64,000 nt of DNA from Schizochytrium sp. TIO01 (lineage: Eukaryota > Protista > Bigyra: Labyrinthulomycetes), in assembly GCA_004764695.1 (NCBI GenBank), contig SMSO01000032.1, positions 558,001 to 622,000 on the forward strand, written 5' to 3'. How positions within the stretch are numbered: the stretch's first letter is position 1; each line of letters starts with the position of its first letter. A program made the translations under genes and the position numbers. The notes beneath the pieces are model-generated. The model saw only the letters and a list, made by a program, of their open reading frames with translations, made no database searches and was not told the DNA's origin. Shown here piece after piece: positions 22,181 to 32,246 of this stretch.

Positions 22181-24145
22181 CTACAATCGGTTCTCAGCCA
22201 CCGCCTTGTGCAGCAGATTATTGAGTCGTAACAAGAGAGAAGGCACAGTAAAATCAGGAACCGGAGTGCCATGCTGCTGGTAAAACTTAAAAAGTTTGCA
22301 CTCGTCTGGATCCGCCGCTTGAGCACAAGATGTTGCATCATGTAGAGCCTTAAAATGAGCAAGGCGCTCTGCAACAACTGCTTTGTTGCGCAGATCAAGC
22401 TTTTGCACCATGGGGGCTCCTGGGTCTTCCTCAAAGTGAGGGTGAGTGCTTGTGTAAATCTTTCGAATTGGCTTAGACCCATGGTAGTCCATAGGTGCGT
22501 CCGCAAGCCATAACATCGCACCGTGCGAAAGGCCTTCTGTGGCTAAGTGCCCGATAGAACTATACCTACCAAAGTTTACTACAATTGCTACTTCCCCAAG
22601 GAGTTTCTGCATATCTTTAAAGGATTGAGGACCAAGATTATAGACGTTCGGGTGAATCGAGTTAACTGGTCCAACAGGAAAGTCCAAAACGGTTGCAATG
22701 ACTGGGATATGTTCTGCCAAAATACGAACTTCATTTTGGAACTGGCCAATGCGGTGGGGTTCGCGTCTCCAAGCCTTACCCCAGAGCAGAATCTTCCAGT
22801 CACGCTTGTTTTGAGGAAACCCTTGCTCTGCGCCGGAAGAAAGCTGCTGAGGTCGCCCCATAGTAGCTTGAGACGGAGCGCCAACAACGTTTTTCTGTAG
22901 CAACGCAGAGCCTGGAGACTTGCTAAGCCAAGAAACAAGGTCTGAGCGAGGTGGCAAGTGATCCTGCAGCAAAAGATCCAAGTGACGGTGACCCGTTACC
23001 ACAGCTGCGTTGCCGATAAATGTATTGCTTTCATCAAAGTGACGGATCATCACAAGGTAGCGATCCATCGATTTAAGGCCAGCGCCCCAGTACCACAGCG
23101 GCCCATGTTCAGGGCAGTTCGGATCATCATAGAACGGCTCCGTCCCAAAGGTATCTTGAATGTAGAGACGAGGGATGATAAGTTCTTGGTATCCCCTTGG
23201 ATCACCGCGGAAAACACTGTTCTTCAAATGGGCAACTGCGTCGTAATCACATAAAATCATATCGAAGGATTCAAAGTAGGTTCTACGCTCTTCGTGCGAA
23301 CGCGGATAACGCGAAGAAGATTTCGGGAAACCGACAATCTCTGCGCCAAGTTTCTCCATCGCCAGGTAGTAATCTACCCAAATTGTGATATCGCCCAGTG
23401 TTTGGCCAGCTCGTCCGTCATTGCCAGCGAGCCACCAATAACCTTCAAACATGAGCACACGCGGCGGGCGGGTCATTGATGCAAAACCGATAGGAGCCTC
23501 CCAATATTTAATCCCTTGATTGGATTTATAATATCCGTGCAAGACTTGATGAGCTTCTTCAAGCAATGCGGAAAATGACTCTGCGCGTCGCTTCGTGAAG
23601 GTGTTTGATCGGAAAGGTTCTGTCTTAAGGAGGGGCTCTGGATGCGGCACATCTCTTGGTTCAAAATCATTCAGGAACTTCAAGAAGCTGAATGCGTCTC
23701 CTTTGAGAGATTCTGACGATCCCTTTGCCAGTTCTTTCGTTCGCTCCTCCTCAATTTCCTCTTGGGTGGCCTCCACCTCAGCATCAATATGCGCGTCAGG
23801 ATCCACGTCACTATCATCCTCATCCAGGTCTCCAAGCTCGTCCGTACGAAGACTTTTCTTTCCCAAAGAGGCGAACATTGTTGATTTTTGATCCGCTTGC
23901 AAGTTGGAGTCGTCCACGAAATCCGACGCTCGTTTGATCTTTGCTGTCTGGAGATCAGCATGAGGGCTCTCAAAAAAGCTCATGATAGTCATTCTAAAAA
24001 TCAAAATTCCCGCTAGTATCCAAAAGATAAGCCATGGGCCTTTCCATCTATTCCCAGCCTTGGAGTGTCTGCCGCTGCGCACGCCCTTGCCAAAGCCCAG
24101 CATCAGACCCAATCTTCTGATACCGTTCCCACCTTGCGCACGCAT
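22181..24145 (-). CDS. Glycosyltransferase family 18-like (MGAT5/GlcNAc-transferase V-like), type II membrane
   Basis: Collinear matches to GT18 signatures: LGDITIWVD (cf. LGELVQWSD), CDY, IQDTFGTEP (cf. VLDSFGTEP), NTFIG, LLWGK, VYNLGP....MQKLL, EGLSHG, KPIRKIYTSTHP (cf. KPTLRELTSQHP). Basic N-tail, single TM (WLIFWILAGILIF) and acidic stem. Confidence 0.85.
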   Translation of the reverse strand: MRAQGGNGIRRLGLMLGFGKGVRSGRHSKAGNRWKGPWLIFWILAGILIFRMTIMSFFESPHADLQTAKIKRASDFVDDSNLQADQKSTMFASLGKKSLRTDELGDLDEDDSDVDPDAHIDAEVEATQEEIEEERTKELAKGSSESLKGDAFSFLKFLNDFEPRDVPHPEPLLKTEPFRSNTFTKRRAESFSALLEEAHQVLHGYYKSNQGIKYWEAPIGFASMTRPPRVLMFEGYWWLAGNDGRAGQTLGDITIWVDYYLAMEKLGAEIVGFPKSSSRYPRSHEERRTYFESFDMILCDYDAVAHLKNSVFRGDPRGYQELIIPRLYIQDTFGTEPFYDDPNCPEHGPLWYWGAGLKSMDRYLVMIRHFDESNTFIGNAAVVTGHRHLDLLLQDHLPPRSDLVSWLSKSPGSALLQKNVVGAPSQATMGRPQQLSSGAEQGFPQNKRDWKILLWGKAWRREPHRIGQFQNEVRILAEHIPVIATVLDFPVGPVNSIHPNVYNLGPQSFKDMQKLLGEVAIVVNFGRYSSIGHLATEGLSHGAMLWLADAPMDYHGSKPIRKIYTSTHPHFEEDPGAPMVQKLDLRNKAVVAERLAHFKALHDATSCAQAADPDECKLFKFYQQHGTPVPDFTVPSLLLRLNNLLHKAVAENRL

Positions 24146-24378
24146 GATTCAACTCCGCTGGCGTTGACCGCCTCTACTGGATCACAGAAGATTCTTTGGC
24201 AGCGTTTAAGAACTCGTGGTAATTAAGACCGTGACTACGGCCGCGGCGGTCTCCGCGATCCTAAAAGTAAATACGAATCTCACGTCCTGTTTCCACGGTC
24301 AACCTGAAGTACCTCGTTTACTTCTTTCTTTGCCTTACTAACTTACTAACAAGAGAACACACATAAGGATCGCTTCTG

Positions 24379-24420
24379 TAACCTAACCTAACCTAACCTA
24401 TCCTGATCTAATCTAATCTA
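24379..24420. repeat. (TAACC)4 grading into (TAATC)n pentamer repeat
   Basis: taacctaacctaacctaacctatcctgatctaatctaatcta read directly. Confidence 0.85.
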
Positions 24421-24821
24421 ACGTTATATATATATGTATTAAATGTACCTGCCCCCGTTTTAGCTAATTCTTGCATCTCGTCCCGCAGAAAAGATTGGAT
24501 ATGTAGTAGTTGATGCAGATCATATGAAGTTTCGACAGGTCTCATATACATCGAAGCATTTAATAAATGCATGATGCATGTTCTGAAAAAGCCGGTAACA
24601 TGGTAATATATAATTGCTGTGTGCATAGAAAATCAAGCATAAGCGACAGACGGTATCTTACAAAGTCTGTACCATCCCTGTAAAGTCATAACTAGAAGCT
24701 CGTTTATATGTATTATCTTTATAACAATAGGTTTTGATACTTAAACGTTAAAACAACACAAAACATAAAAACAAAGAGATACCGCTCCAGAATTTTGTAC
24801 AATCAACTAAAGAACTTGATT

Positions 24822-27800
24822 TTACTCTTCATTCAGCAAACGAATAAGGGCTGGGACCTTTGTAAATGTTTCGAGAGGAAGAAGTAACAGGGCTGCTTGT
24901 GCCTTCTTCAGCTCTTGGTCAAGCTTGCTAAAGGCACCTAGAGAAAGTAAATGGCTCGCGATCAAAGCTACGATCAGAATTATTGTGCTAATAATCTTGA
25001 CTCGTTTCTCCTGGCTTACGGTTTCTACCTCCTCAGCGTAGTAATTACGCATTGCATCAAATTGCTTCTCTGATACAATAAGGTGCGGCTCAAGATTTAA
25101 AAGCGGCAGCTTGCTTTGTTGAACAACTTCGAGATTTTCTTCAGAAGGGTTCGCAAGGTAGGCGACCTCACTATCAAGCACTTCCTTGATATTAAGCAAC
25201 CAATGATCAAACGTAAGAGCTAAACCATGACGGAGGTGCTCAAGCCCGGAGAGTGACTCCTCGCCGTCAGGAATCGTAGCAAGGAACTCCTCGCAGGCAT
25301 CGTCACATGCGTTTTCAAAGTACAGCTCGAACTGATCGCCTTCAGTGTAAGTAAAAGCTGGGATGCCAAGAGCATCGTCACCATATCGAAGAGCATAGTC
25401 TAAGTCTACAACCTGATCGTATAGGTTTGATAGACGTGTGATTCTAGCTTCATTACTTCCGATACGCTCCCATTCTGGAGCACCAAGAGGGTGCACAGCC
25501 CAGAAATGCAGAAGGCTCGAGGCTGCAGCGTGAAGTCCCGATGCATGAACAATAGCCGCTTTTTGCTTCATTTCAGTCTCAGCACCTGCTTTATTTATAA
25601 AATCAAATGTATAGAATGCTGTAACTGTCCAGAAAGATATTCCAATGTGAAAGTTGAGAAAGATTGTGCGCAAAACCCGTAAGGTAAAAGTCTCTTTCTT
25701 GATGAGGCGTTTAGATTCCTGTTGACCAGACTTTCCAATACGAGCAGGGGCAACTTTGACGGATGAGTATCCAGTAGGTTTTTTCTTCATGGCCATGTCG
25801 GGCAAACGAAGCGGGGCTACAAGCGCAGGTGATCTCTTCTGTGAAGCATACTTGCTATTTGAATCCTTCGCCTCAATAGCAGCGGGGTCCTTGCCATCCG
25901 ACCCAGCATGGCCAATCCCGTGACGCGGATCTTCAGATGGTTCTGCATCATGCGATGGCGCAGCCTCATCTAAGTCAATCTCTGCATCTTCCTCTTGTTG
26001 ATTAGTGACATCTGTCTCCTGTTGTGTCTGAAGTTGTAACAAACGACGTTCAGTGCGATTGAGCAACTTTTTGCAAATGTCCTCTGGGATTGCAAGAAAT
26101 GCCTTGCCTACATGTTTTTTACGACGATCGTTACTCATGAACATAGGTAGATATCCTTTAAAGAAATATACCATTAGAACAAGTGCAACAAAACATATCA
26201 ATACTAACTCCGCAATATGAAGAACTTCAACACGGTGAAGTGACTCAATTCGAAATTGGTTACCAAGGCGAATTAGTGTCTCGGCAATTTCAAATGGTGC
26301 ATTGTTCACGATAAAATGACAGGAATCCTCGCATTCCAGAAGATCCTCTTGAACGTGATTATTGATATGGGAAACCATTTCAAGCAATGCAACGTGGAAA
26401 CTTAGGTTTCGGTAGTATGATGCATCGATAGTGCTTAGTACCAGAGGCGAGTTCATTAATGTGTCTAAACGAGTATTTCCTGAACCTGAGACAATATCTA
26501 CTAGGTCACGATGAATTGATTTAATATCGGTTGCAAAATCCGTTAGTAAGGTGCCAGAGTCAACTTCTGCACGCTCGTATAGAGTTCCATTCACATCGAC
26601 TGTCGGGTAAATGTCCATAAGAACAGTGAGACCACTAAGAACCACAAGATGAACAGAGTAGTGGGCATAGTCTACATTTTTCGAAAGGTCAGCAAATTTG
26701 CCTGTGAGTTGCATCAGAACCACTGCATCGGCAATGGCAAACAAAGTAAAAAATATTATGAAACGTCTTGCAAAACGTCCAAAACGCTGCAAATTTGGAT
26801 CCTTTCTTTGCAACTTGCGCATGACACGGCGGTGCACTTGTGAGATTTCAAGTCCTCGACTGTCCAGTACAAGCCCAGTAGATGCAGTGTCTGCAACACT
26901 TGCGGAACCACTGGCATGGGGTCGACGGCGGCGCCTTGTGAGGCTCTGTTGAGACCCAACGCTTTCATTGTCCTGAAGCAATCGGCGAGATGGTTTTCGA
27001 GATGGTTTCTTCTTGTCGGAGCCTGTTGAGATAGCAGAGAATTTGCCTGATTGATCAGGTGCCTTATTATCTGGTGAAGCTTGGTTAATTTGTGCGCTTT
27101 CCCCGGATTCCGAATCGATCTCTCCATCATCCGAATCCTCCAGGCTGTCTGCATCACTGCCTTCATCACTTTCATTCAGAATGGGCGACATCTTACGCTT
27201 GGACGACTCAGGATCTGAGGGGCTCTGCATTCGGCTACGACCAGCTACTGAGCTGTGCCCAAACAGATTTTGATCAGTAATAGCGTGAAAACTCACCATA
27301 TAAATAGAAACATGGAAGTTCACACTCGAGTCCTGCTTGTTTTTATACTCGATAAGGCGGGCGCTGACCTTGAATGGCTGCGTATTCACAGTGACTTCAC
27401 GTTCTTTGCGGTACTGCACGGTGTTATCCTCATCGTCAAAAAAGTCAAGGAGAATATCAGAAATATGAAGGTTCATTGCGAAAACCTCACTCTCATCAAA
27501 TCCTACAGCTTCGCTTGCCATTTGCGTAAAGGATGTGACAAAGCCGGTCTTTGCGTCTACCATAAGTATATGCTGCCCAAGAGGCAAAGGAACCTTTTTG
27601 AAACGACCAATGAGAATTAACTCGCTGTTCGAATTCGTGCTTGGTGTTACCTCAAAATCAGTCGCCATAATGTACCCTTTGGCGTGCATACCGAAAATCC
27701 GTCGAGTTTGGGTTGCAAATTCACTGTCCGTTGAAATGAATTGTTTCAAAAACATATCATGCATTTCTTGAAATGGCGAAGGGCACAAGACGCTAACATT

Positions 27801-29591
27801 GCGACCAACAATCTCGCTTTTAGAGAACCCAAAAAGATTACACATTGCATCTGACACTTCAAGCACCTGACCGAGTGTGCTTTGATTGCCGCTGATGGTG
27901 GCAACTGCAGAACCGTGGCCTTCGTCGTAGTTGTTCGTTGTGGATAGCTCACGCTCTAAGGAGACAGCAGTTTCGCGATCGTTCATCACATAGTAAAAGT
28001 AAAGCGCGTAGAGTTTCAAACCTTCACGATTAGAACGCGAAAGCTTTCGGAGTCGTGTCAAATGATACCTACACTTGGAAGACTCTTCATGAACCTTGGC
28101 ACCTTGTTGAAGAATTTGACTGAGCGTGCAATTGCCATGTGTGATTTTTTTCCAGAAACTTGCAGTGTGCTTGAGAGTGGCAATCAAAGATTTTCGAGCT
28201 TCTGCAAGATGCTGGTCAAGCTGAATGAAAGAAACTGAGCCGGATGAAAACGTTTGAGATTCAGCGTTGCGCTTGTTGTGACAAAAGAGGGTGAAATCTA
28301 GATCAAAAGGCAGCTGCGACTGTCGTACACGAGTAAGAAGGTTCAGCGCAAATATAATGCGATTGCCAGCACTTGATGCCAGAAGACTAACGTACAGACT
28401 GATGTAAGGGTTGTCTGGTAATAACTCCAGAGCACGACGGTAAGCCTTTTCTGCATCACCTGAAAACGCAAAATCCTCCTCCGCCTGCGCCTGTTGGTGG
28501 ATTAAGCGTAATCGAGCCTCCATGAGATATGGGCTTTGCGAAAACAGATTCTCGGAAGCAAGCTTCAGCTTTTCAATTCTGTGATAAACCAAAGCAACTA
28601 CAGATGTAATTACAAAGGGAGCCGGAACTACAAATAGCAAGAAAGTACTTTTGTCGTCACTGTTATTGACTGAATTTGCGACAAAAGCGCAAACACCTGC
28701 CCATGCAACAAAGGAATTGCAGGATGTGGCAAATACATTCCACCTAATGTTATAAAATGGCAGAAAGTACCAGTATCCAGCCATAGTAATGAGGCCTCCA
28801 GCGAAGATTACAGCAGCAAGCCCGTTGGATGGCGAGGTTATCACTGTTGACTGCACTGTAGAAACCTTGGGTAACAGAAGCATGTATAGAATTGTGCATA
28901 TTGCCCGTGTAAGTGTCGCAAGGCATTCAATGCGCCCATGCGGCATTGCAAAGAGCTTGTTATTTCGGCCTTTGATAGTATAAGGGCTTTGATGGAAAAC
29001 CACAAGCGCGTAGATAGAGGTTGCGATGACATGAAGAGAGAGTGTTAGGCACGCCATTCCTTGTTCAATAACGTATCCTGAACCTGAACAAACAATCAGG
29101 CTGGAATCAAATGTTACATCGCATCGTACGAGACGAAGCAAAATAACTAAGAATGGGATTTGTAACACCGTTTGATTCAATTTGAACACAATATCAATGG
29201 CTGGTGCAATAAATGAATAGCGTGTGGTGTTGTTCATATCATCAATACCCATCATAACAACACCCATGACCATAACTATCACTAATAAAGCTGGAATCAC
29301 TGTCAAACTGATCATTGCAAAATCGCTGCTAAGAGGCATAAAGCCAAAGGAGAAAACTCTAAGTGCAGGTTCAAGAACATCAACAAGAAGAGGATGTTCA
29401 TTGGATGCAGTCTGAATAGCCACTGCAAAGTATAGCATTTGAAACATCGTAATTGTCGTGCTAATATAAAAAAATCGTTCCGCAGTTGAAATACTCTGGT
29501 TGATTTGATAAAGTCCGCCATACAAAATACGTCGAGTCTTCTCGATAACACTGACATGTTCTTTATGCCCCGTTGCTGTGTGGACCTCCAT
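24822..29591 (-). CDS. Multi-pass membrane protein with PAS domain, TmcB/TmcC (tiny macrocysts)-like architecture
   Basis: About 1589 aa from ATG 29591. Roughly 8-9 N-terminal TM helices (LPFYN motif), a helical TPR-like region, a clear PAS fold (LFGFSKSEIVGRNVSVLCPSPFQEMHDMFL), an acidic low-complexity linker, then two TM-extracellular-TM modules. Confidence 0.8.
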   Translation of the reverse strand: MEVHTATGHKEHVSVIEKTRRILYGGLYQINQSISTAERFFYISTTITMFQMLYFAVAIQTASNEHPLLVDVLEPALRVFSFGFMPLSSDFAMISLTVIPALLVIVMVMGVVMMGIDDMNNTTRYSFIAPAIDIVFKLNQTVLQIPFLVILLRLVRCDVTFDSSLIVCSGSGYVIEQGMACLTLSLHVIATSIYALVVFHQSPYTIKGRNNKLFAMPHGRIECLATLTRAICTILYMLLLPKVSTVQSTVITSPSNGLAAVIFAGGLITMAGYWYFLPFYNIRWNVFATSCNSFVAWAGVCAFVANSVNNSDDKSTFLLFVVPAPFVITSVVALVYHRIEKLKLASENLFSQSPYLMEARLRLIHQQAQAEEDFAFSGDAEKAYRRALELLPDNPYISLYVSLLASSAGNRIIFALNLLTRVRQSQLPFDLDFTLFCHNKRNAESQTFSSGSVSFIQLDQHLAEARKSLIATLKHTASFWKKITHGNCTLSQILQQGAKVHEESSKCRYHLTRLRKLSRSNREGLKLYALYFYYVMNDRETAVSLERELSTTNNYDEGHGSAVATISGNQSTLGQVLEVSDAMCNLFGFSKSEIVGRNVSVLCPSPFQEMHDMFLKQFISTDSEFATQTRRIFGMHAKGYIMATDFEVTPSTNSNSELILIGRFKKVPLPLGQHILMVDAKTGFVTSFTQMASEAVGFDESEVFAMNLHISDILLDFFDDEDNTVQYRKEREVTVNTQPFKVSARLIEYKNKQDSSVNFHVSIYMVSFHAITDQNLFGHSSVAGRSRMQSPSDPESSKRKMSPILNESDEGSDADSLEDSDDGEIDSESGESAQINQASPDNKAPDQSGKFSAISTGSDKKKPSRKPSRRLLQDNESVGSQQSLTRRRRRPHASGSASVADTASTGLVLDSRGLEISQVHRRVMRKLQRKDPNLQRFGRFARRFIIFFTLFAIADAVVLMQLTGKFADLSKNVDYAHYSVHLVVLSGLTVLMDIYPTVDVNGTLYERAEVDSGTLLTDFATDIKSIHRDLVDIVSGSGNTRLDTLMNSPLVLSTIDASYYRNLSFHVALLEMVSHINNHVQEDLLECEDSCHFIVNNAPFEIAETLIRLGNQFRIESLHRVEVLHIAELVLICFVALVLMVYFFKGYLPMFMSNDRRKKHVGKAFLAIPEDICKKLLNRTERRLLQLQTQQETDVTNQQEEDAEIDLDEAAPSHDAEPSEDPRHGIGHAGSDGKDPAAIEAKDSNSKYASQKRSPALVAPLRLPDMAMKKKPTGYSSVKVAPARIGKSGQQESKRLIKKETFTLRVLRTIFLNFHIGISFWTVTAFYTFDFINKAGAETEMKQKAAIVHASGLHAAASSLLHFWAVHPLGAPEWERIGSNEARITRLSNLYDQVVDLDYALRYGDDALGIPAFTYTEGDQFELYFENACDDACEEFLATIPDGEESLSGLEHLRHGLALTFDHWLLNIKEVLDSEVAYLANPSEENLEVVQQSKLPLLNLEPHLIVSEKQFDAMRNYYAEEVETVSQEKRVKIISTIILIVALIASHLLSLGAFSKLDQELKKAQAALLLLPLETFTKVPALIRLLNEE

Positions 29592-30885
29592 GGTGCTTAT
29601 TCTGTGTGCTTTCAACACCCTGTAGGAAAGCACTAGACAGGGACTCGCTCAGTGCTGCGACCTCTTCTTTTAGCATTAACCACGCGTAAGTCTTTCGCGT
29701 GAGGCGCAAAGACGACCCTCGATCTAGAATGAGGGTGATCTCGTTGGCCTTATAAAAGTCAAACTCGTTTTGCTAGCTGGTTGGCTTGAAAGCACAACCC
29801 AGCTTTGTAAATCGATTTTGCTAATGGTTGTATTTGTGACAGGATCAAAGTTACAGCATAGAGTAGCTAAGAGCAGCAGAAAAGAATTGAGTTTCCAGCC
29901 GTTCGTTCCTTGACTTGTTTACTTCTATTTTCATTCTTTAAATACTTTTTGAAACGACTAGATGGGTATGGGAGGCAATAATGTGAGGGTGAGGTTCAAT
30001 GTACTAGGTACAATGTACTAGGTTCAATGTATTGCTTCCTTCCTCAAATTCAAAAATTACCTGCGAGAGTAATATTTATACTGTTGAAATTGTATAAAAA
30101 ATACTACCAGAAAGACAAAAAAGAGGATATTGAGAGAACGGGGGAGAGAAATGATTAAAAAACTTGGAACAGAGAAAAAAGCCTACGAAGGAGTAGCTAG
30201 ATCCAACGGCTTTTTGCCAGGCATTCTTCAGTTCTCTTCGCTTCCAACCTGTATCAATAACGCAGCCATGATAAGTGACTGCACCCCCTTGCCATAGTGT
30301 TTTCTGATGCTGCAGCAAGCTAGCATGCTCAGGAGCAGTATACAAAGGTCAAGGGTTATACTATATAACGTCATTTCAGGAGCTGTTCATCCTTTTACAG
30401 ACCCTTCTTAAAGAAGGAATCAAATTGCATATGTTGGAAGGTTCAAATCAATGCTGGGGAATCAAGACGGATTGCCAGAGCCAATTGGTTAGAAGACGAT
30501 ACAATATTTTCTTCTATAGTTTCGCAAGGGTAGCTGTCGTACCGATGCAGAGTGCCACATGGAACATGAGACTCCGAACTCATTGTCCACCCACAACTCA
30601 ACTAAAGAAGAAGACAGAGAAGATTTACCTTAACTATTCCAAGGGTAAAATGAAATTCGTTAAGAAAAAAGGACCTTTTTTACTTTTTTTTAAATTTTAT
30701 TTTTTACTTTTTTTCATAGTTATTGGTAGTACTGAAAGAGAGATAGAATTAAAGTTCAATATCAGAAAACTAAAAAAGTTTCTAACAAAATAATAAGTTA
30801 GCCGTTGAGTAGAGCAAAATTCTCGTTCTTATTCAATTGGGACGAACCAGTACGAGGTCTAGAAATAGGACGCAAAAAGAAACTG

Positions 30886-30995
30886 AAATGTCGTGGTGCG
30901 ATGAGTAAGTGTTGAAGAGACGAAAGTGCGTTTCGACTAAAAATGCCGTGGCGAGATGAGTACGTGTTGAAGGGACGAAAGGGCGTTTCAACTAT
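30886..30995. repeat. Diverged two-copy 55-bp tandem repeat
   Basis: Units start at 30886 and 30941 and align without gaps. Confidence 0.9.
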
Positions 30996-32246
30996 ATTTG
31001 TGAGAATTATGCTTCATCAGTGCCTTTTGAGATGGTTGCACGTACGCGTACAGAAGATATCACAAATGCAATCAAGACTTGGAGTTCTCATTAAAAAACA
31101 TCTGCGTGCTTTCCTGGCGAAAACATCGGACGCTTTATTTTTCATGAGTTTGTTGCAAAATGGTAATTGGGTAATACTCAGGATGCAAGTCTCATATTTT
31201 CTCGTTGAAACAGTATAAGCAAACTTTTAAGACATCGTGCAAGATTCGTGCCTTTTGAACATTGAACGCGCTAATAAGACATATGAATGATGTGATCCTT
31301 TAAACAAGTTCATGATGCTGTTTTTTAAATTTTAATTTAAGAGTGTAATTAGATATGTTATTGTTCACTTTCACTTCCTATTTTTGTGGAGACAGCAATT
31401 GTACGACCAGCTTTATTTGTAAGGCAAGATGCACAAAATACCCAATTTAGAAGCGAGGCACACAACAAAGTTCAATGTTCTGCTTGCCGCGTAAAAGACG
31501 CAGTCCCAGCAGTGTCAGCTACGTTTTTCACTTCCCCCAAAACTATCACGGCAGCGATACCGGTCAAATCAACACCCATCTAAGCTCTGATTGGATACCG
31601 CGAAGTGAGACAGCTTCGAGTTGGGAAGACATAACAGAGCACCTGCCTTCCCCGTTTCCGTACGTAGACGGAGCTGGTAGTTTCGCCGGTGTCGGCCACT
31701 GTTGCGCTTTGCTCAAGAGACGTTAAGGTACACATACTGCTACCATGGTATGTACCTACTGACATTTCACAGTAGAAAATCGAAGGCATGCATCACTAGT
31801 CTATTTTAACACAGTGATTTCTTAAAAAAACTTTTTAAAGTTTTAGAAATAAAATAGATCAAAACATTGTTGGGGGATTCGGAGAAGCTTCCTCTGGCAT
31901 CGTATCAAATGTACCTCCAGAGGTTTGACAAGCAAGGCGTCAAAATGCCGGGTATACTCTGTCAAGAGAACTAATCTCTGCATAAATTACCATCGAACGG
32001 ACTCAGAGCATCAGCAAAGTCAACTGAAAAGGCAAGGGGAGGTGGCTGGAAATATCAGAGTAAGAAAATTGGGACGTCTGCATAAGACTGAGCACTGGTG
32101 CGTAAGACAAGTTTGTACGCAAGACTTTCTAAAAATCAAATATGAAGAAAAAGAGTTCACGTATTACTTTGTTGTGGATGATTGGATAATTGGTGGGTTA
32201 TTTTTTTTTTTCAGACATTGGCATCAACAGTTTCCCGAGTAGATTT

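Noticed and set aside
30614-30625. U6-like ACAGAGAAGATT
   Set aside because: The following AGCATGGCCCCTG and the rest of U6 are absent.
30886-30995. Hammerhead ribozyme or CRISPR reading of the 55-bp repeat (GATGAG...GACGAAA)
   Set aside because: The core needs CUGANGA but the units have CGATGAG/AGATGAG, and stem II does not pair. There are only two copies, no spacers, no cas genes, and the DNA is eukaryotic.
31475-31726. 83-aa ORF with coding-like composition
   Set aside because: Short, no motif; possibly a gene relic but unsupported.
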